Source: Eledone cirrhosa (Eukaryota). From it: a DNA stretch of 64,000 nucleotides. The position numbers and the translations under genes were made by a program. The stretch lies in NCBI GenBank assembly GCA_964016885.1, contig OZ024741.1, positions 332,692,001 through 332,756,000 on the forward strand, read 5' to 3'. Below, piece by piece: positions 1 through 14,134 of the stretch; position 1 is the stretch's first letter; each line of letters opens with the position of its first letter. A model generated the notes under the pieces. The model was given only the letters and a program-made list of their open reading frames with translations. It was not told the DNA's origin and made no database searches.

Positions 1-10
1 ATATATATAT

Positions 11-560
11 CTAAGGTGGGTAAAATTCCCGAGATCCATGGACGAGTTCTCTCCAGCGGTCTCTGTCCCTCATTATCGCTGCCATGTCCTGCATCTCCAA
101 CAGACCAGTGTCTGTCCTTAGGGCATCAACATACGTTAACCTTGGTCTTCCTCTTCTAGTGTGTCCATGTAGGGGCTCCCAAAGGAGTACTGAGTGCAAT
201 GTCAACTCTGGATGTCGGTGAACATGTCCAGCTAACCTCAGTCTCCTCTGTGTCACTTTTGAGCTGACTTTTGGGATGCTGCCATACAGCTCTGATGGGA
301 TGACAGAGTTCTTTGAGATACTGGCTGGAGTGCTCCAGGGAGATACATTGGCTCCCTACCTTTTTATCATCGTAGTGGACTATTGTATGCGCCTTGCACT
401 GGAGAAACACCAGGACTCTGGCTTTACTGTAGCACCGGCTCAGAGCAGGAGAGTTAGGGCGAAAAAGGTATCGGATGCTGAATTTGCCGACGACATAGTT
501 GTGGTGACAAATACAGTGAAGGAAGCAGAGGATTTGATGCGGGAGGTTGAGACTGTGTCG
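11..560 (-). mobile_element. RTE-clade LINE fragment (family 3) with 5' inversion: 3' end on minus strand (11-~290), RT-core piece on plus strand (~290-560)
   Basis: The minus ORF ends ...RRLRLAGHVHRH...RRGRPRLTY...RDRWRELV* directly into (TA)n. The plus piece has RT motifs GVLQGDTLAPYLF and FADD. (TA)n flanks both sides. Confidence 0.85.
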
Positions 561-580
561 ATATATATATATATATATAT

Positions 581-1013
581 AGTAATAATAATAAATTTGA
601 AGACTAAAATCCAAAGAGGGCTCGATAAGGATAAATATATATCAAATATATAAGAACCGTAGAGCAAATAATTATTAAAATAACAGATTAAAGTTTAAGC
701 AAAGAATCGCTGCTTTCACCCTTAACGAGAACATTAGTCTACGACCTCTTTTATACCATAAACGTGGTTCTGTCTTTGCGCGTAATTGTTTTTCACCGCT
801 CCTATTAATGACGTATTATATTCGTTTTTTCCCGTTCTTAGCCAGCGAACGTTTCCACGAACCAAAGTATCGTCTTCCTGTCTTCCTCCGGTTGCAACGT
901 TTTTTGAAATATCCAGTTCTGCGTTTACAGATTGACTTTGTTAGTTTCAGAAGATCCCGTTAAGGGTGAAAGCAGCGATTCTTTGCTTAAACTTTAATCT
1001 GTTATTTTAATAA
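581..1013. mobile_element. Asymmetric fold-back element (family F), probably PLE-derived
   Basis: Inverted arms 672-727 / 958-1013 with a ~90-nt unpaired tail (581-671), flanked by (TA)n. The tail recurs reverse-complemented at ~42162-42220. Confidence 0.6.
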
Positions 1014-1030
1014 ATATATATATATATATA

Positions 1031-1363
1031 TATAAAGAAAAAGGGATGAAATCGAAAATGCAACTGAAGTCTTATTATTTAAAAAAATATATATATTTAT
1101 TTGGTTCCTTTACCGGTTTCGCAGTTCTTCTGCTTTTCAAAAGGTGAGTTGAGATGGAGGGTCTGTGGTTTTTCTCACCCTCCATCTCAACTCACCTTTT
1201 GAAAAGCAGAAGAACTGCGAAGCCGGTAAAGGAACCAAATAAATATATATATTTTTTAAAATAATAAGACTTCAGTTGCATTTTCGATTTCATCCCTTTT
1301 TCTTTATACTTCCACTCGTGTAGGACACCTCGGTTATTTTTCATTTTGTAAAAAAAACCTCAC

Positions 1364-1370
<7 letters not shown>
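1031..1370. mobile_element. Asymmetric fold-back element (family A) carrying hammerhead motifs
   Basis: Near-perfect ~130-bp arms 1031-1162 / 1177-1308, a 14-nt loop and a ~60-nt tail, inside (TA)n. Non-hairpin copies at ~2586-2796 and ~59331-59529. Confidence 0.8.
1107..1144 (-). ncRNA. Minimal type-I hammerhead ribozyme, U3-A8 core variant
   Basis: Minus strand reads CCTT-TTGAAAA-GCAG aagaa CTGC-GAAA-CCGG-TA-AAGG: stem I CCTT/AAGG, stem II GCAG/CTGC, palindromic stem III, GUA triplet. Confidence 0.7.
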
Positions 1371-1444
<74 letters not shown>

Positions 1445-1446
<2 letters not shown>

Positions 1447-1882
1447 TGGTTTAATATACATTATGTCAACACCATAACATTCTAACCATCCAAACAGACA
1501 CATACACACACACATAACACCTTCTACTTTAGTAAATAAAAACCCGAATTAAATAAACCTTAACATACGTTTGCGCTGACAATACAACAGAACAAATACG
1601 AATAAGTAAGGAATCGTTTGCCTACACACACACACACACACAAAATATATATTCTCTTCATCTTAACATGCTAACCATACTCCCACACACACATAACACC
1701 CATACATAACACCACACTCACACACAACTCCCTCCCCCATTTCTACTAATTGAATCACTTTCCTAAACACACACACAAAATATATATATTCTCTTTATCT
1801 TAACATACTCCCACACACATAACACCCATATACACACACACACACAACTCCCTCCCCCATTTCTACCAATAGAATCATCTTC

Positions 1883-1961
<79 letters not shown>

Positions 1962-2789
1962 AATAAATATACATATGTCTACTTTCTTTATTATTTCAAT
2001 AGAAAATCTGAACTCTGACACCCCAGCGAACTAGCCATATTCACTGAACCAGAATAATTCTCCCATCCCATTTCTCTTGACCATTCTTTCGCTTGTCATA
2101 AAATTCTCTAAATGGCTACAAAATAAATAATACGGGCGCGGAACTTGTTCACGTGACAGTCATAATTTCATTTATAACCAATCAAATTGCATTAAAAAAA
2201 AAAAAAGCCTTCGTGAGCCACTTTTTTTATTGTCATAAAATTCTCTAAAAGGCTACAAAACAAATTCCGAAATACGGGCGCGAAATTTAATGAACTTGTT
2301 CACGTGACAGCCATAATTTCATTTATAACCAATTAGATTACATCTTTTTAGAAAAATCCTTCGTGAGCCCCCTTGTTTTAAGTAAAAAGTAATTCAAACA
2401 CTCATATATGAAAAAAACAACCTGAGCACACCCCCCCCCCTTGTTTGAAGAACTTTGTAACGCGAACTGGCGCGAAATTTATTATACTTATTGACCAACC
2501 AATCAAATTACTTCTCTAAAAACCTGGCGTTTCGAGCCACTTTTTTCCATATAAAACAAGTAACATTCAAAGACCAACCAGATGTGAGAAAAACTACAGA
2601 CCCTCCATCTCAACTCTACTTTTGAAAAGCAGAAGAACTTCGAAACCGGTAAAGGAACCAAATAAATATATATATATATATATATTTTTAAATAAGACTC
2701 CAGTTGCATTTTCGATTTCATCTTTTTTTCTTTATACTTTTACTCATGTAGGACACCTCGGTTATTTTTCATTTTGTAAAAAACCTCAC

Positions 2790-2796
<7 letters not shown>
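1445..2796 (+). mobile_element. Longer non-coding copy of family A (PLE 3'UTR/pseudo-LTR-like) ending in hammerhead motif and tail
   Basis: 2586-2796 matches family A arm plus tail, with a hammerhead motif at 2618-2655 (one stem II mismatch). The upstream region has CA-rich and ~140-bp internal duplications. Its membership in the element is inferred from the (TA)n boundaries. Confidence 0.55.
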
Positions 2797-2821
<25 letters not shown>

Positions 2822-2822
<1 letters not shown>

Positions 2823-4140
2823 GTATTATTCAAATTCCATTAGTGTAATCAATTAGTTTGATTGTTCAACAAAAATGAAAGACCACTTACAATAGTGTTT
2901 TACTCAACATACAAATTACTCCAATTGGTAGTTCCTGTGGTAGTTATATAGGTTCCAAGTGTAACAATTTAAGGAGTGTATATAGAAAATTACAAAAATG
3001 TTATTAAAAACACCATAATCCAGATGAGTGGGAATAACTTTTATTGCATAACACTTACACGTGTTTCATTGTATTCATTACATATAAGTCTTGGGCTGCT
3101 AACATTTGATTATTTTAATCAAATTAACTCGCATCCAACTACTTAAATAATATGTAGTGACAATACATTTTCAAAGAGGAATAAGAATTTGTTCACATAT
3201 AAGAATATATAGAAGGCAAGTATGAATGAATAGATCACCAGAAAAAGGAAAGGAGAAAGGAGGAGAGAGAAGAGGAGAGTGTAAAGAAGATAAGAAGGGA
3301 TAAAAGAAAAGAAGATAAAATACGATGAGGATGGAGTAAAAGATAGAGAGAGAGTAATACACGATGAAAGAAAAATAGAATTATAGTTGTATCAGCAGCA
3401 GTCAGTAGAATAAACATGACTTCAACCACAACAGCAACAACAATGACAACAATTATTTAGTTCTATATACATCAATGAATCTGACTGCTATATAGTCCTT
3501 AAATTCTAGTATCATTGTCGGTGTTATTTCAAAGAAGTAGGGAGTCAGCTGTGGAGATACTGTCATGTTATAGTAAAAGAGTTATTGTGGTAGAATGAGG
3601 TAATGAGTGAATAGGTTTTAGGTTCTAATCACCTGTCAGTTAGGATCGCAATAAGAGAAAGTTCTAAATTGTTTGTGTTTACGATTAAATATTCTCTTCT
3701 GTCTTGTATTAACTAATTGTTTGCCAGTTATTATGTGGTAAACATCTAGAGTACAGATATGACAAGTCTTTGCATCAGATTGATATTTACGGGCAAATTC
3801 CATGACACAGACCAAGAAGTATTGTACTTTTTTGGATTCCATTAATTCCCAAACTTTACCTGCTGGTTCTGTGGAGTTCCTTAGTTTCGGGTTCTTAAAA
3901 ACTCCTATATGTCTGAATACTTGGTTATGTACTTTGAATTCACATTGGTATATTATGTTTTCACACATACACTTATATCTGGGGCATTTATCTGGTTTCC
4001 TGCAGTTTCAGTTCAAATGCATCCAGTGGATAGCTTCCTTATTACTGTAGATCTGGGAGTTGTTACATAAATCGTGCTGTTGTGAGTGGAATTCCATATT
4101 ATTTTTTGCACTAAGACTTTTGGTTTGGTATAGAGCTGCA
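2822..4140 (-). mobile_element. Degenerate Penelope-like element 3' fragment (GIY-YIG endonuclease relic plus UTR)
   Basis: Minus ORF 3636-3968 and upstream codons read KCPRYKCMCENIIYQCEF...HIG...CHIC, matching the PLE Cys motif plus GIY-YIG layout. A GAAA-CACGTG-TA hammerhead 3' half lies at ~3055-3067 on the same strand. Ends at (TA)n. Confidence 0.6.
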
Positions 4141-4157
4141 GGATGAGAGAAGGATAT

Positions 4158-4229
4158 TTACTTTCACTTTAGTTTCACTTTCACTTTAGTTTCATTTTCA
4201 CTTTCATTTCAGCTTCACTTTCACTTTCA
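4158..4229 (+). repeat. (TTTCAC)n hexamer microsatellite
   Basis: Direct inspection. Confidence 0.8.
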
Positions 4230-4574
4230 TAATAACTGATGTGTATACTCTGACTATTTTCTCATCAAGCAATTGCCAGACAATATGACTGTGTATTGAT
4301 CAAAATTATTCCTATATACATACATATCTATCTATCTATATCTATCTATCTATTATATATATGATGGCTGTCCCCTCGTTATCGAGTATGGCCATTGCAC
4401 GATATACCATTATTAATAATTATTAATTAATTCAATCGTGTAATGCCTGATATTTTTTAAAGTGAGGAAAGACTGTGCACTGAGCCAATCCCACTCTCTG
4501 AGCGACAGTAGCTATAACCCCAAAAGAAGAAAAGATCAACATAATCGGTAACTACATACATACATAAAGTTTAT

Positions 4575-4832
4575 GTGCAATTTTTTCTTCAAACTTACAT
4601 TTTAGACTTAGCTCCGTTTAATTGATTATTTGTCTAGTTAATTTCTACGGACTAAGAGGAAAGACTAGGTATCTGACTGTTCCTCACAGAGGAAAGTCTG
4701 TAACATTTATCTGTTATTTCTTCAAAGTTACATTTTAAACTTAGCTCCGTTTAAATGATTATTTATCTGGTTGATTTCTACGGACTAAGGAGGAAAAGAA
4801 TTGGATATATTTTGTCTGACTGTTCTTCAAAC
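4575..4832 (+). repeat. Local tandem duplication, ~135-bp unit x2
   Basis: ttcttcaaa.ttacatttt...acttagctccgtttaa...ttctacggactaag occurs twice. Confidence 0.75.
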
Positions 4833-4858
4833 TGATAATTTTATATATATATATATAT

Positions 4859-5256
4859 ATTACTTCAAAATATTAATAAATATAGACATTCATGTTATTA
4901 TATATTTCAGAGGTACTGAGCTATTTCATCAGTACGTCCTCATCAGATAAAATAAATTGATGTTTGACATACCTCAACTGTGTTGATGGTTCAATTCCAG
5001 TCTTGAATTGAACGATCAGCACAGTTGAGGTATGTCAGACATCAATTTATTTTATCTGATGAGGACGTACTCATGAAATAGCTCAGTACCTCTGAAATAT
5101 AAAATAAAATATATTTGATCAGATGAATATCTATATTTATTAATATTTTGAAGTAATATTAATAACTCCAGAAAAAATTTTCTGTTGAGTGCTTCTAATC
5201 TATTGTAAAACTTTATTCATTGATTAATCAATGAACCTTGTTAAACTTTTGGTCAT
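4859..5256. mobile_element. Asymmetric fold-back element (family B), the terminal repeat of the PLE at 15.5-19.3 kb
   Basis: Arms 4859-4997 / 5005-5157 and a ~95-nt tail, with (TA)n flanks. Each arm has TTAT-CTGATGA-stem II-GAAA-TATA..-ATAA. Homologous to 15499-15765 and 19125-19294. Confidence 0.8.
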
Positions 5257-5779
5257 ATATATATATGAATTTTCATAAAATTGTAGGAATCTTGGCATGG
5301 TGGGTAGTTATAAACATCTGATTGCTATGTGCATAGCAAAACGTTAGGTTAAGAAACACATATTGAGTGTAAGAACGGAGAGAGGGAAAGAATGGAAGAA
5401 AGAGAGTCTAAAGCATGAAATAAGAAATGATAGGGGCATAGAGTATAGAGAGAGAGAAAAGAAGAACAGAAGAGAAAAGCGGGAAAGTGATCGATGAAGC
5501 AGAATTTTTTTGAGAATTGCGAAAGATAAAAAATAATAAAGAAAGGATGAAGAATGTAATCTAACAAAAAACATAGAATTATAGCATCATGATAACCTCT
5601 TCACTTTCCTTCTAGATTAATGTTTATATATATATATATATATATATGCTCATATTTACAGAAAAAGATCTGTCTAAGGCACTATATGCTATGTTACCAT
5701 CTTGAAGTAAGTATTTTCATCTACATATTAATTGTTCTGTATATGTATACAAAATACTCTTTATTATGGATAAGTGATA

Positions 5780-5925
5780 TGTTCAATTCATGGACCAGGC
5801 AATGTGTCTTGAGCAAAATATTTTATTTCATGCTGCTCTTCCTGCCAGGAGTTGTGATCAGTAGATAGTATTAACAATGGAAAAAGCCAATGGAATCATT
5901 GTTTCCTTTGTCCAATATGATGATT
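5780..5925 (+). mobile_element. Old SINE fragment with CORE-like box
   Basis: Homologous to 40110-40310 (-) and 60975-61180 (+); TGTGTCTTGAGCAA motif. Confidence 0.55.
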
Positions 5926-5991
5926 AGCTCATTTTCTTTTCTTTTGTCCTTGTAAACCTTAATTTTTATTTTATTCTTGTAACCCTTAAAT

Positions 5992-6152
5992 TAGGCGGCA
6001 AATTGGCTGAATCATTAGAACGTTGGATAGGAATGCTTTATGGTATTCATTCCGACTCTCTGCTCTCTGAGTTTAAATCCCACCGAGGTCAACTTAGCCT
6101 TTCATCCTTTCGAGGTTCATAAAAAAAGTACCAGTCTAGTACTGGAGTCAAT
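5992..6152 (+). mobile_element. tRNA-head SINE with a Meta-like central domain
   Basis: B-box-like GAGTTTAAATCC followed by GCCTTTCATCCTTTCGAGGT..ATAAAA..GTACCAG; more than 10 copies in the window. The domain name is from recall. Confidence 0.75.
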
Positions 6153-7413
6153 TCATCCTGTCTCTGGAAGAAATCTGCTGTACTCAGGCGCAGGAAGCGA
6201 TGGGCTCCGGCAGGCTTAAAATGCCCAAGAAACGCTGTATGTCAGTACAGCATCCCTACGACTATATCAAGAGTTATGAGACCATACCCTACTCTCTCTT
6301 AAAGTATTGTATTTCTTATGAAATACACTGCCTATGTATTTCAATTAATATAAAAACTAACCAAACATTTAATGAAATATACAAAAAGAAACACGTTTCC
6401 ATTAGTTCATTGGTATTTGGAATATAACTTAGGAAACATTTCTAAAATAGAACTATGATGAAAGGTTTTAGTATAAGGATAAACCAAAAAAAATACAGGT
6501 CTATAAGAGCAAGACGTGTTCTCCTGATCTGATTGTTTCATAACGGGACAACCTGTTTAACCCATGCAAACATGGAAAAATGGACATTCAATGATGATGA
6601 TGATGATGATGCCCAGGCAGATTTCAGGCAGTTTGGAATCAAAAGGGTTAATGTACTAAAGTAGTCCTTACCAAATCCATCATTTTTACTTCTTACTTGA
6701 AATGCTAGCAACACTAAAGAATATCAGAACAAAAAAGTTGTCATACTTGGTTACAGCTATATAAACATAAATTGCACCCAGTATCCTCTGTAACGTGGCT
6801 AATGATAGAAAGAACAACTAGTCATAGAAAATATAGAAAACAAAGTATTGGTAGGATTCTTTAGCTGTGTTACAATAAAATGTACATGGTAGAATACAAA
6901 CATGTAAGAAAGAGAGATGTGGTCCCAATGGCCCATCTCAGGTCAAAAGCTCCACATGAGTACTGAAGAATTGACTGACTCTGAAAAACTCATCCAACTA
7001 TTGCCAGTAGGCAATAGATGATATGTATGTATGTGTATCATCATCATCACCTTTTAACGTCCATTTTCCATGGTGGTATGCGTTAGACAGGTTGTCATGT
7101 TGTGAGACAAGTCAGATCAGATGAATGTCTTGCTCATACAGAACTGTTTCTAGCTTGGTTTCTATGGCTGGAAATTAGTAGCTCTGCTTCAGTGTTGACA
7201 TGGTCTATGTAGACCCATCCATTCCTTGCTAGCAGGGAAAGCAGACATAAATGATGATATGTATGCAAATATATATATATGTATGTATATAAACATGCAC
7301 ACACACACATATATACACATTCACATATATATATATATGTATCTACATACATATATACACACACACTCGAGTATATATAGGGTGATGATGATGATATATA
7401 TATATATATATAT

Positions 7414-8194
7414 ATGGCAGTGAGACCTGGGCACTGTGTGCAGAGGATATACGCAGACTGGAGAGAAACGAAGCTTGCATGCTCCGCTGGATGTGTAATA
7501 GTAATATACGTGAACGGCAAAGCATAAACGAACTAAGGGAGAAATTAGGAATAAGAGGGATCAGATGTTGTTTACTCGAGAGAAGACTACGTTGGTACGG
7601 TCACGTGATGCGCATGAAAGACGACAGCTGTATAAAAAAGTGCAGGGCGCTAAAAATAGACGGTAGCCACGGAGTAGGCAGACCCAGAAAAACCTGGGAC
7701 GACTTGATAAATTCCAACCTCACACACTTACACCTCTCCAAGACAATGCCACTGGACTGAGATCTTTGGCGCTACATAATTATACAGAAGACCCGCCTTG
7801 CCTAAGTACAAAGCGAAACCTACAGTCAGTAGGCACCTCTAACAAAATACTAACCCCCCCCCCCCGTCCCACTACCCAATCCTATCCACACCACCCCCTT
7901 AAATGTGAAGTTATGTTGGTACCACAACATCCAGTCCGAAACAAATGAGGTCGTGTAGGTGTCACGACAAAAAAACACATAGTTCATGCTGTAATGTGGC
8001 CGTGTAGGTAACACGGTAAAAACCTCCCAGTCCACACTGTAAATGTGGTTGGTGTTAGGAAGGGCATCCAGCCGTAGAAAACCCGCCAGACAGTCCTATA
8101 CGAGCAGGACAACAAATCTTGCCTCAAGTGGGAAACCTCCCGTCCAAACCCATGCAAGCGTGGAAGATGGACGTTAAACGATGATGATGATGAT
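7414..8194 (+). mobile_element. 5'-truncated RTE LINE (family 2)
   Basis: GSETW...MLRWMC...RRLRWYGHV...GRPRKTW C-terminal ORF, 3'UTR and (GAT)n tail; flanked by (TA)n. Confidence 0.9.
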
Positions 8195-8588
8195 ATATAT
8201 TGTTTATATATATACATATAGAGAGAGAGAGTATGTGGTGCTGAGACTGGGGAGACCACTAATCATGGGAGTACTCAATGCATAGGGAGATTGCATATAC
8301 AGGCATATATATATATATATGTGTGTGTGATATGTATGCCTCTGCCAGCATTCTGCTAGTCTTAATCTTAATGGTGTTTCAGAGGAAGCTGGTTATGTTG
8401 ATAAATAAATACATTAGAGCATGTAAGCCTATGATTTCTGCAGCAGATATAACATCATAAGATGAAGGCTATGGAAATCCTACTTAGAGATGTCAAGTTT
8501 GAGTCACCAGCAGATGTTTATGAACCACTTCAGCTCACATATGCTATCAATCACAAGATGAGTTAAATCAAATAGGATTTCTATATAA

Positions 8589-10630
<2,042 letters not shown>

Positions 10631-10839
10631 GAGAAAGAAGTTATGTCAAATGCTTCCTGCTACATTATCCTCTATTCATTGAAGTTGATGTCACTATTTA
10701 ATATTTTATTTTTCTCTTCTGTCATTTAAAATGTACCCAAATGTGTCACAATATGGGGAGCCATTAACTAACGTTCTCTCTTTCATCTGAAATAGCATTA
10801 AAAAATAATAAGGTATCATTCTGGAAACTGTCATCCTCG

Positions 10840-12220
10840 TCATCACCATCATCAGCATCATCAGCATTGTCATGGTTGCATTCACCATCATCATCACCAT
10901 CATCAGCATCAATATCATGGTTGCATTCACCACCATCATCAGCATCAATATCATGGTTGCATTCACCACCATCATCAGCATTGTCATGGTTGCATTCACC
11001 ACCATCATCAGCATTGTCATGGTTGCATTCACCATCATCATCAGCATTGTCATGGTTGCATTCACCATCATCATCAGTATCAATATCATGGTTGCATTCA
11101 CCATCATCATCATCATTGTCATGGTTGCATTCACCATCATCATCATCATCATTGTCATTGTCATCATTGATGCCATCATTGTTATCATCATCATCATCAC
11201 CACCACTGCAACCACAACCATTATCATTATCATCGTCACCATCATCATTGTTATCATCATCACCACCACCACCACCACCATCACCACCACCACCACCACC
11301 ACCACCATCACCACCACCACCACCACCACCACCATCACCACCACCACCACCACCATCACCACCATCACCACCACCACCACCACCACCACCACCATACCAC
11401 CACCATCACCACCACCACCACCATACCACCACCATCACCACCACCACCACAACCATCACCACCATCACCACCACCATCACCACCACCACCACCACCATCA
11501 CCACCACCATCACCACCACCACCACCATCACCACCACCACCACCACCATCACCACCACCATCACCACCACCACCACCACCACCACCACCACCACCACCAC
11601 CACCACCATCACCCCATCAGCACCACCACCACCACCACCACCACCAACACCACCACCACCGTCACCACCACCACCATCACCACCACCATCACCACCACCA
11701 CCACCACCACCACCACCACCATCACCACCATCACCACCATCACCACCACCACCACCACCACCACCACCACCATCACCCCACCACCACCACCACCACTACC
11801 ACCACCATCACCACCACCACCATCACCACCACCACCACCATCACCACCACCACCATCACCACCACCACCACCACCACCATCACTGCCATCATTATCATCA
11901 CCATCATCAGCACTGCCATCATCATCATCATCACCATCATCACCACTGCCATTATCACCATCACCATCGTCATCACCATCACCATCGTCACCACTGCAAT
12001 CATCATCATCATCATCATCACCATGATCAGCACTGCAATCATCATCATCATAATCACCATCGTTGAGACCATCATCACAGCCATCACCATCATCATGATC
12101 AACATCATTGACACCATCATTTTCATTACCATCATCATCATCATTGTCATTATCATCATCGTTATTACCATCATCATCATCATTATTGTCACCATCATCA
12201 TCATCATTGTCATCATAATT
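10840..12220 (+). repeat. ~33-39-bp minisatellite (catggttgcattcaccatcatc...) grading into (CAC/CAT)n
   Basis: About 8 units at 10870-11150, then triplet repeats. Confidence 0.9.
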
Positions 12221-12494
12221 TTCCATCTGTTTTTCCAAGCTGTTTGGACAAGATCTATTATGGCAAGTGTTCTACAGCTGGCTGCACTCCTTCAGGCCAA
12301 TTCAAAACCTTATTCTAAGTATTTACCAAATATGGTTGGAGGATTTTGAACCACTATACTGTATTCTCTATGGAAGTATGAAGGGTATATACAAGTGTCA
12401 CAACAGTTCTTATCAAGGGTGTCAACAGGACATTTGCAGCAACTGGCATACACTCTTACCCTCTCATCTATTCATCATCATCAACATCATTTAA

Positions 12495-14134
12495 CCCTTT
12501 AGCATTTAAACCAGCCGTATTTGGCCAGAATTCGCTCACCCCTTTCTGTTCAAACCAGCTGTAACTAGCCGCTTATACTGATGTGAAGGCATTGTTCTCA
12601 AAATAAATAGTATCAAAATCTCGTGGATCGATATTATGTTAGATAATTATGTCTTTATCACAATATTATGTTAGACAATTATGTCTTTACCACAATATTA
12701 TGTTAGACAATTATGTCTTTACCACAATATTATGTTAGATAATTATGTCTTTATCACAATATTATGTTAGATAATTATGTCTTTATCACAATATTATGTT
12801 AGATAATTATGTCTTTATCACAATATTATGTTAGATAATTATGTCTTTACCACAATATTATGTTAGATAATTATGTCTTTATCACAATATTATGTTAGAC
12901 AATTATGTCTTTACCACAATATTATGTTAGACAATTATGTCTTTACCACAATATTATGTTAGATAATTATGTCTTTATCACAATATTATGTTAGATAATT
13001 ATGTCTTTATCACAATATTATGTTAGATAATTATGTCTTTATCACAATATTATGTTAGATAATTATGTCTTTACCACAATATTATGTTAGATAATTATGT
13101 CTTTACCACAATATTATGTTAGATAATTATGTCTTTACCACAATATTATGTTAGATAATTATGTCTTTACCACAATATTATGTTAGATAATTATGTCTTT
13201 ATCACAATATTATGTTAGACAATTATGTCTTTACCACAATATTATGTTAGACAATTATGTCTTTACCACAATATTATGTTAGATAATTATGTCTTTATCA
13301 CAATATTATGTTAGATAATTATGTCTTTATCACAATATTATGTTAGATAATTATGTCTTTATCACAATATTATGTTAGATAATTATGTCTTTACCACAAT
13401 ATTATGTTAGATAATTATGTCTTTACCACAATATTATGTTAGATAATTATGTCTTTACCACAATATTATGTTAGATAATTATGTCTTTACCACAATATTA
13501 TGTTAGATAATTATGTCTTTATGACAATATTATGTTAGATAATTATGTCTTTACCACAATATTATGTTAGATAATTATGTCTTTACCACAATATTATGTT
13601 AGATAATTATGTCTTTACCACAATATTATGTTAGATAATTATGTCTTTATGACAATATTATGTTAGATAATTATGTCTTTACCACAATATTATGTTAGAT
13701 AATTATGTCTTTACCACAATATTATGTTAGATAATTATGTCTTTACCACAATATTATGTTAGATAATTATGTCTTTATCACAATATTATGTTAGATAATT
13801 ATGTCTTTATCACAATATTATGTTAGATAATTATGTCTTTACCACAATATTATGTTAGATAATTATGCCTTTATCACAAAAGTACAATAGTAAATATAAA
13901 GTAATGTAAATGCTAAAGGGTTAAACCTGCCGTATTTAGCCAGAGTTCTCTCACCCCTTTCTGCTCAAACCAGCCGTTACCAGCTGCTCATACTCGTGCT
14001 AAGGTATTGTTCTCAAAATAAATAATATCAAAATCTCATAGATTCTATATTATGTGACATAATTATGTGAGATTATTTGGGCCTTTACCACAAAAATACA
14101 ATAGTAAATATAGAGTAATGTAAATGCTAAAGGG
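12495..14134 (+). mobile_element. piggyBac-like TTAA MITE as a tandem dimer; the first unit is inflated by a minisatellite
   Basis: 14-bp TIR CCCTTTAGCATTTA/TAAATGCTAAAGGG; TTAA at 12491, 13921 and 14135. It splits an old RTE tail (catcat-TTAA-tgtccattttccatgc). Confidence 0.75.
12631..13878 (+). repeat. 32-bp tandem minisatellite, ~39 copies
   Basis: Unit caatattatgttagataattatgtcttta(t/c)ca; period 32 confirmed (12661, 12693, 13141). Confidence 0.95.

Noticed and set aside
672-1308. Calling the inverted-repeat elements MITEs
   Set aside because: They have a one-sided unpaired tail, variable loop length and non-hairpin copies. Hammerhead motifs and, for family B, linkage to a PLE ORF argue for retroelement origin.
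4362-4400. HDV-like ribozyme
   Set aside because: Only a simple CTCG/CGAG stem-loop matching the RTE family 4 3' end; no double pseudoknot could be built.
4859-5157. Hairpins as sequencing fold-back artefacts
   Set aside because: The arms differ by substitutions and indels, and endpoints recur between loci. Less certain for the perfect 26.1-kb hairpin.
12225-12460. Possible exon or ORF 12267-12494
   Set aside because: No recognisable homology or consistent splice structure.
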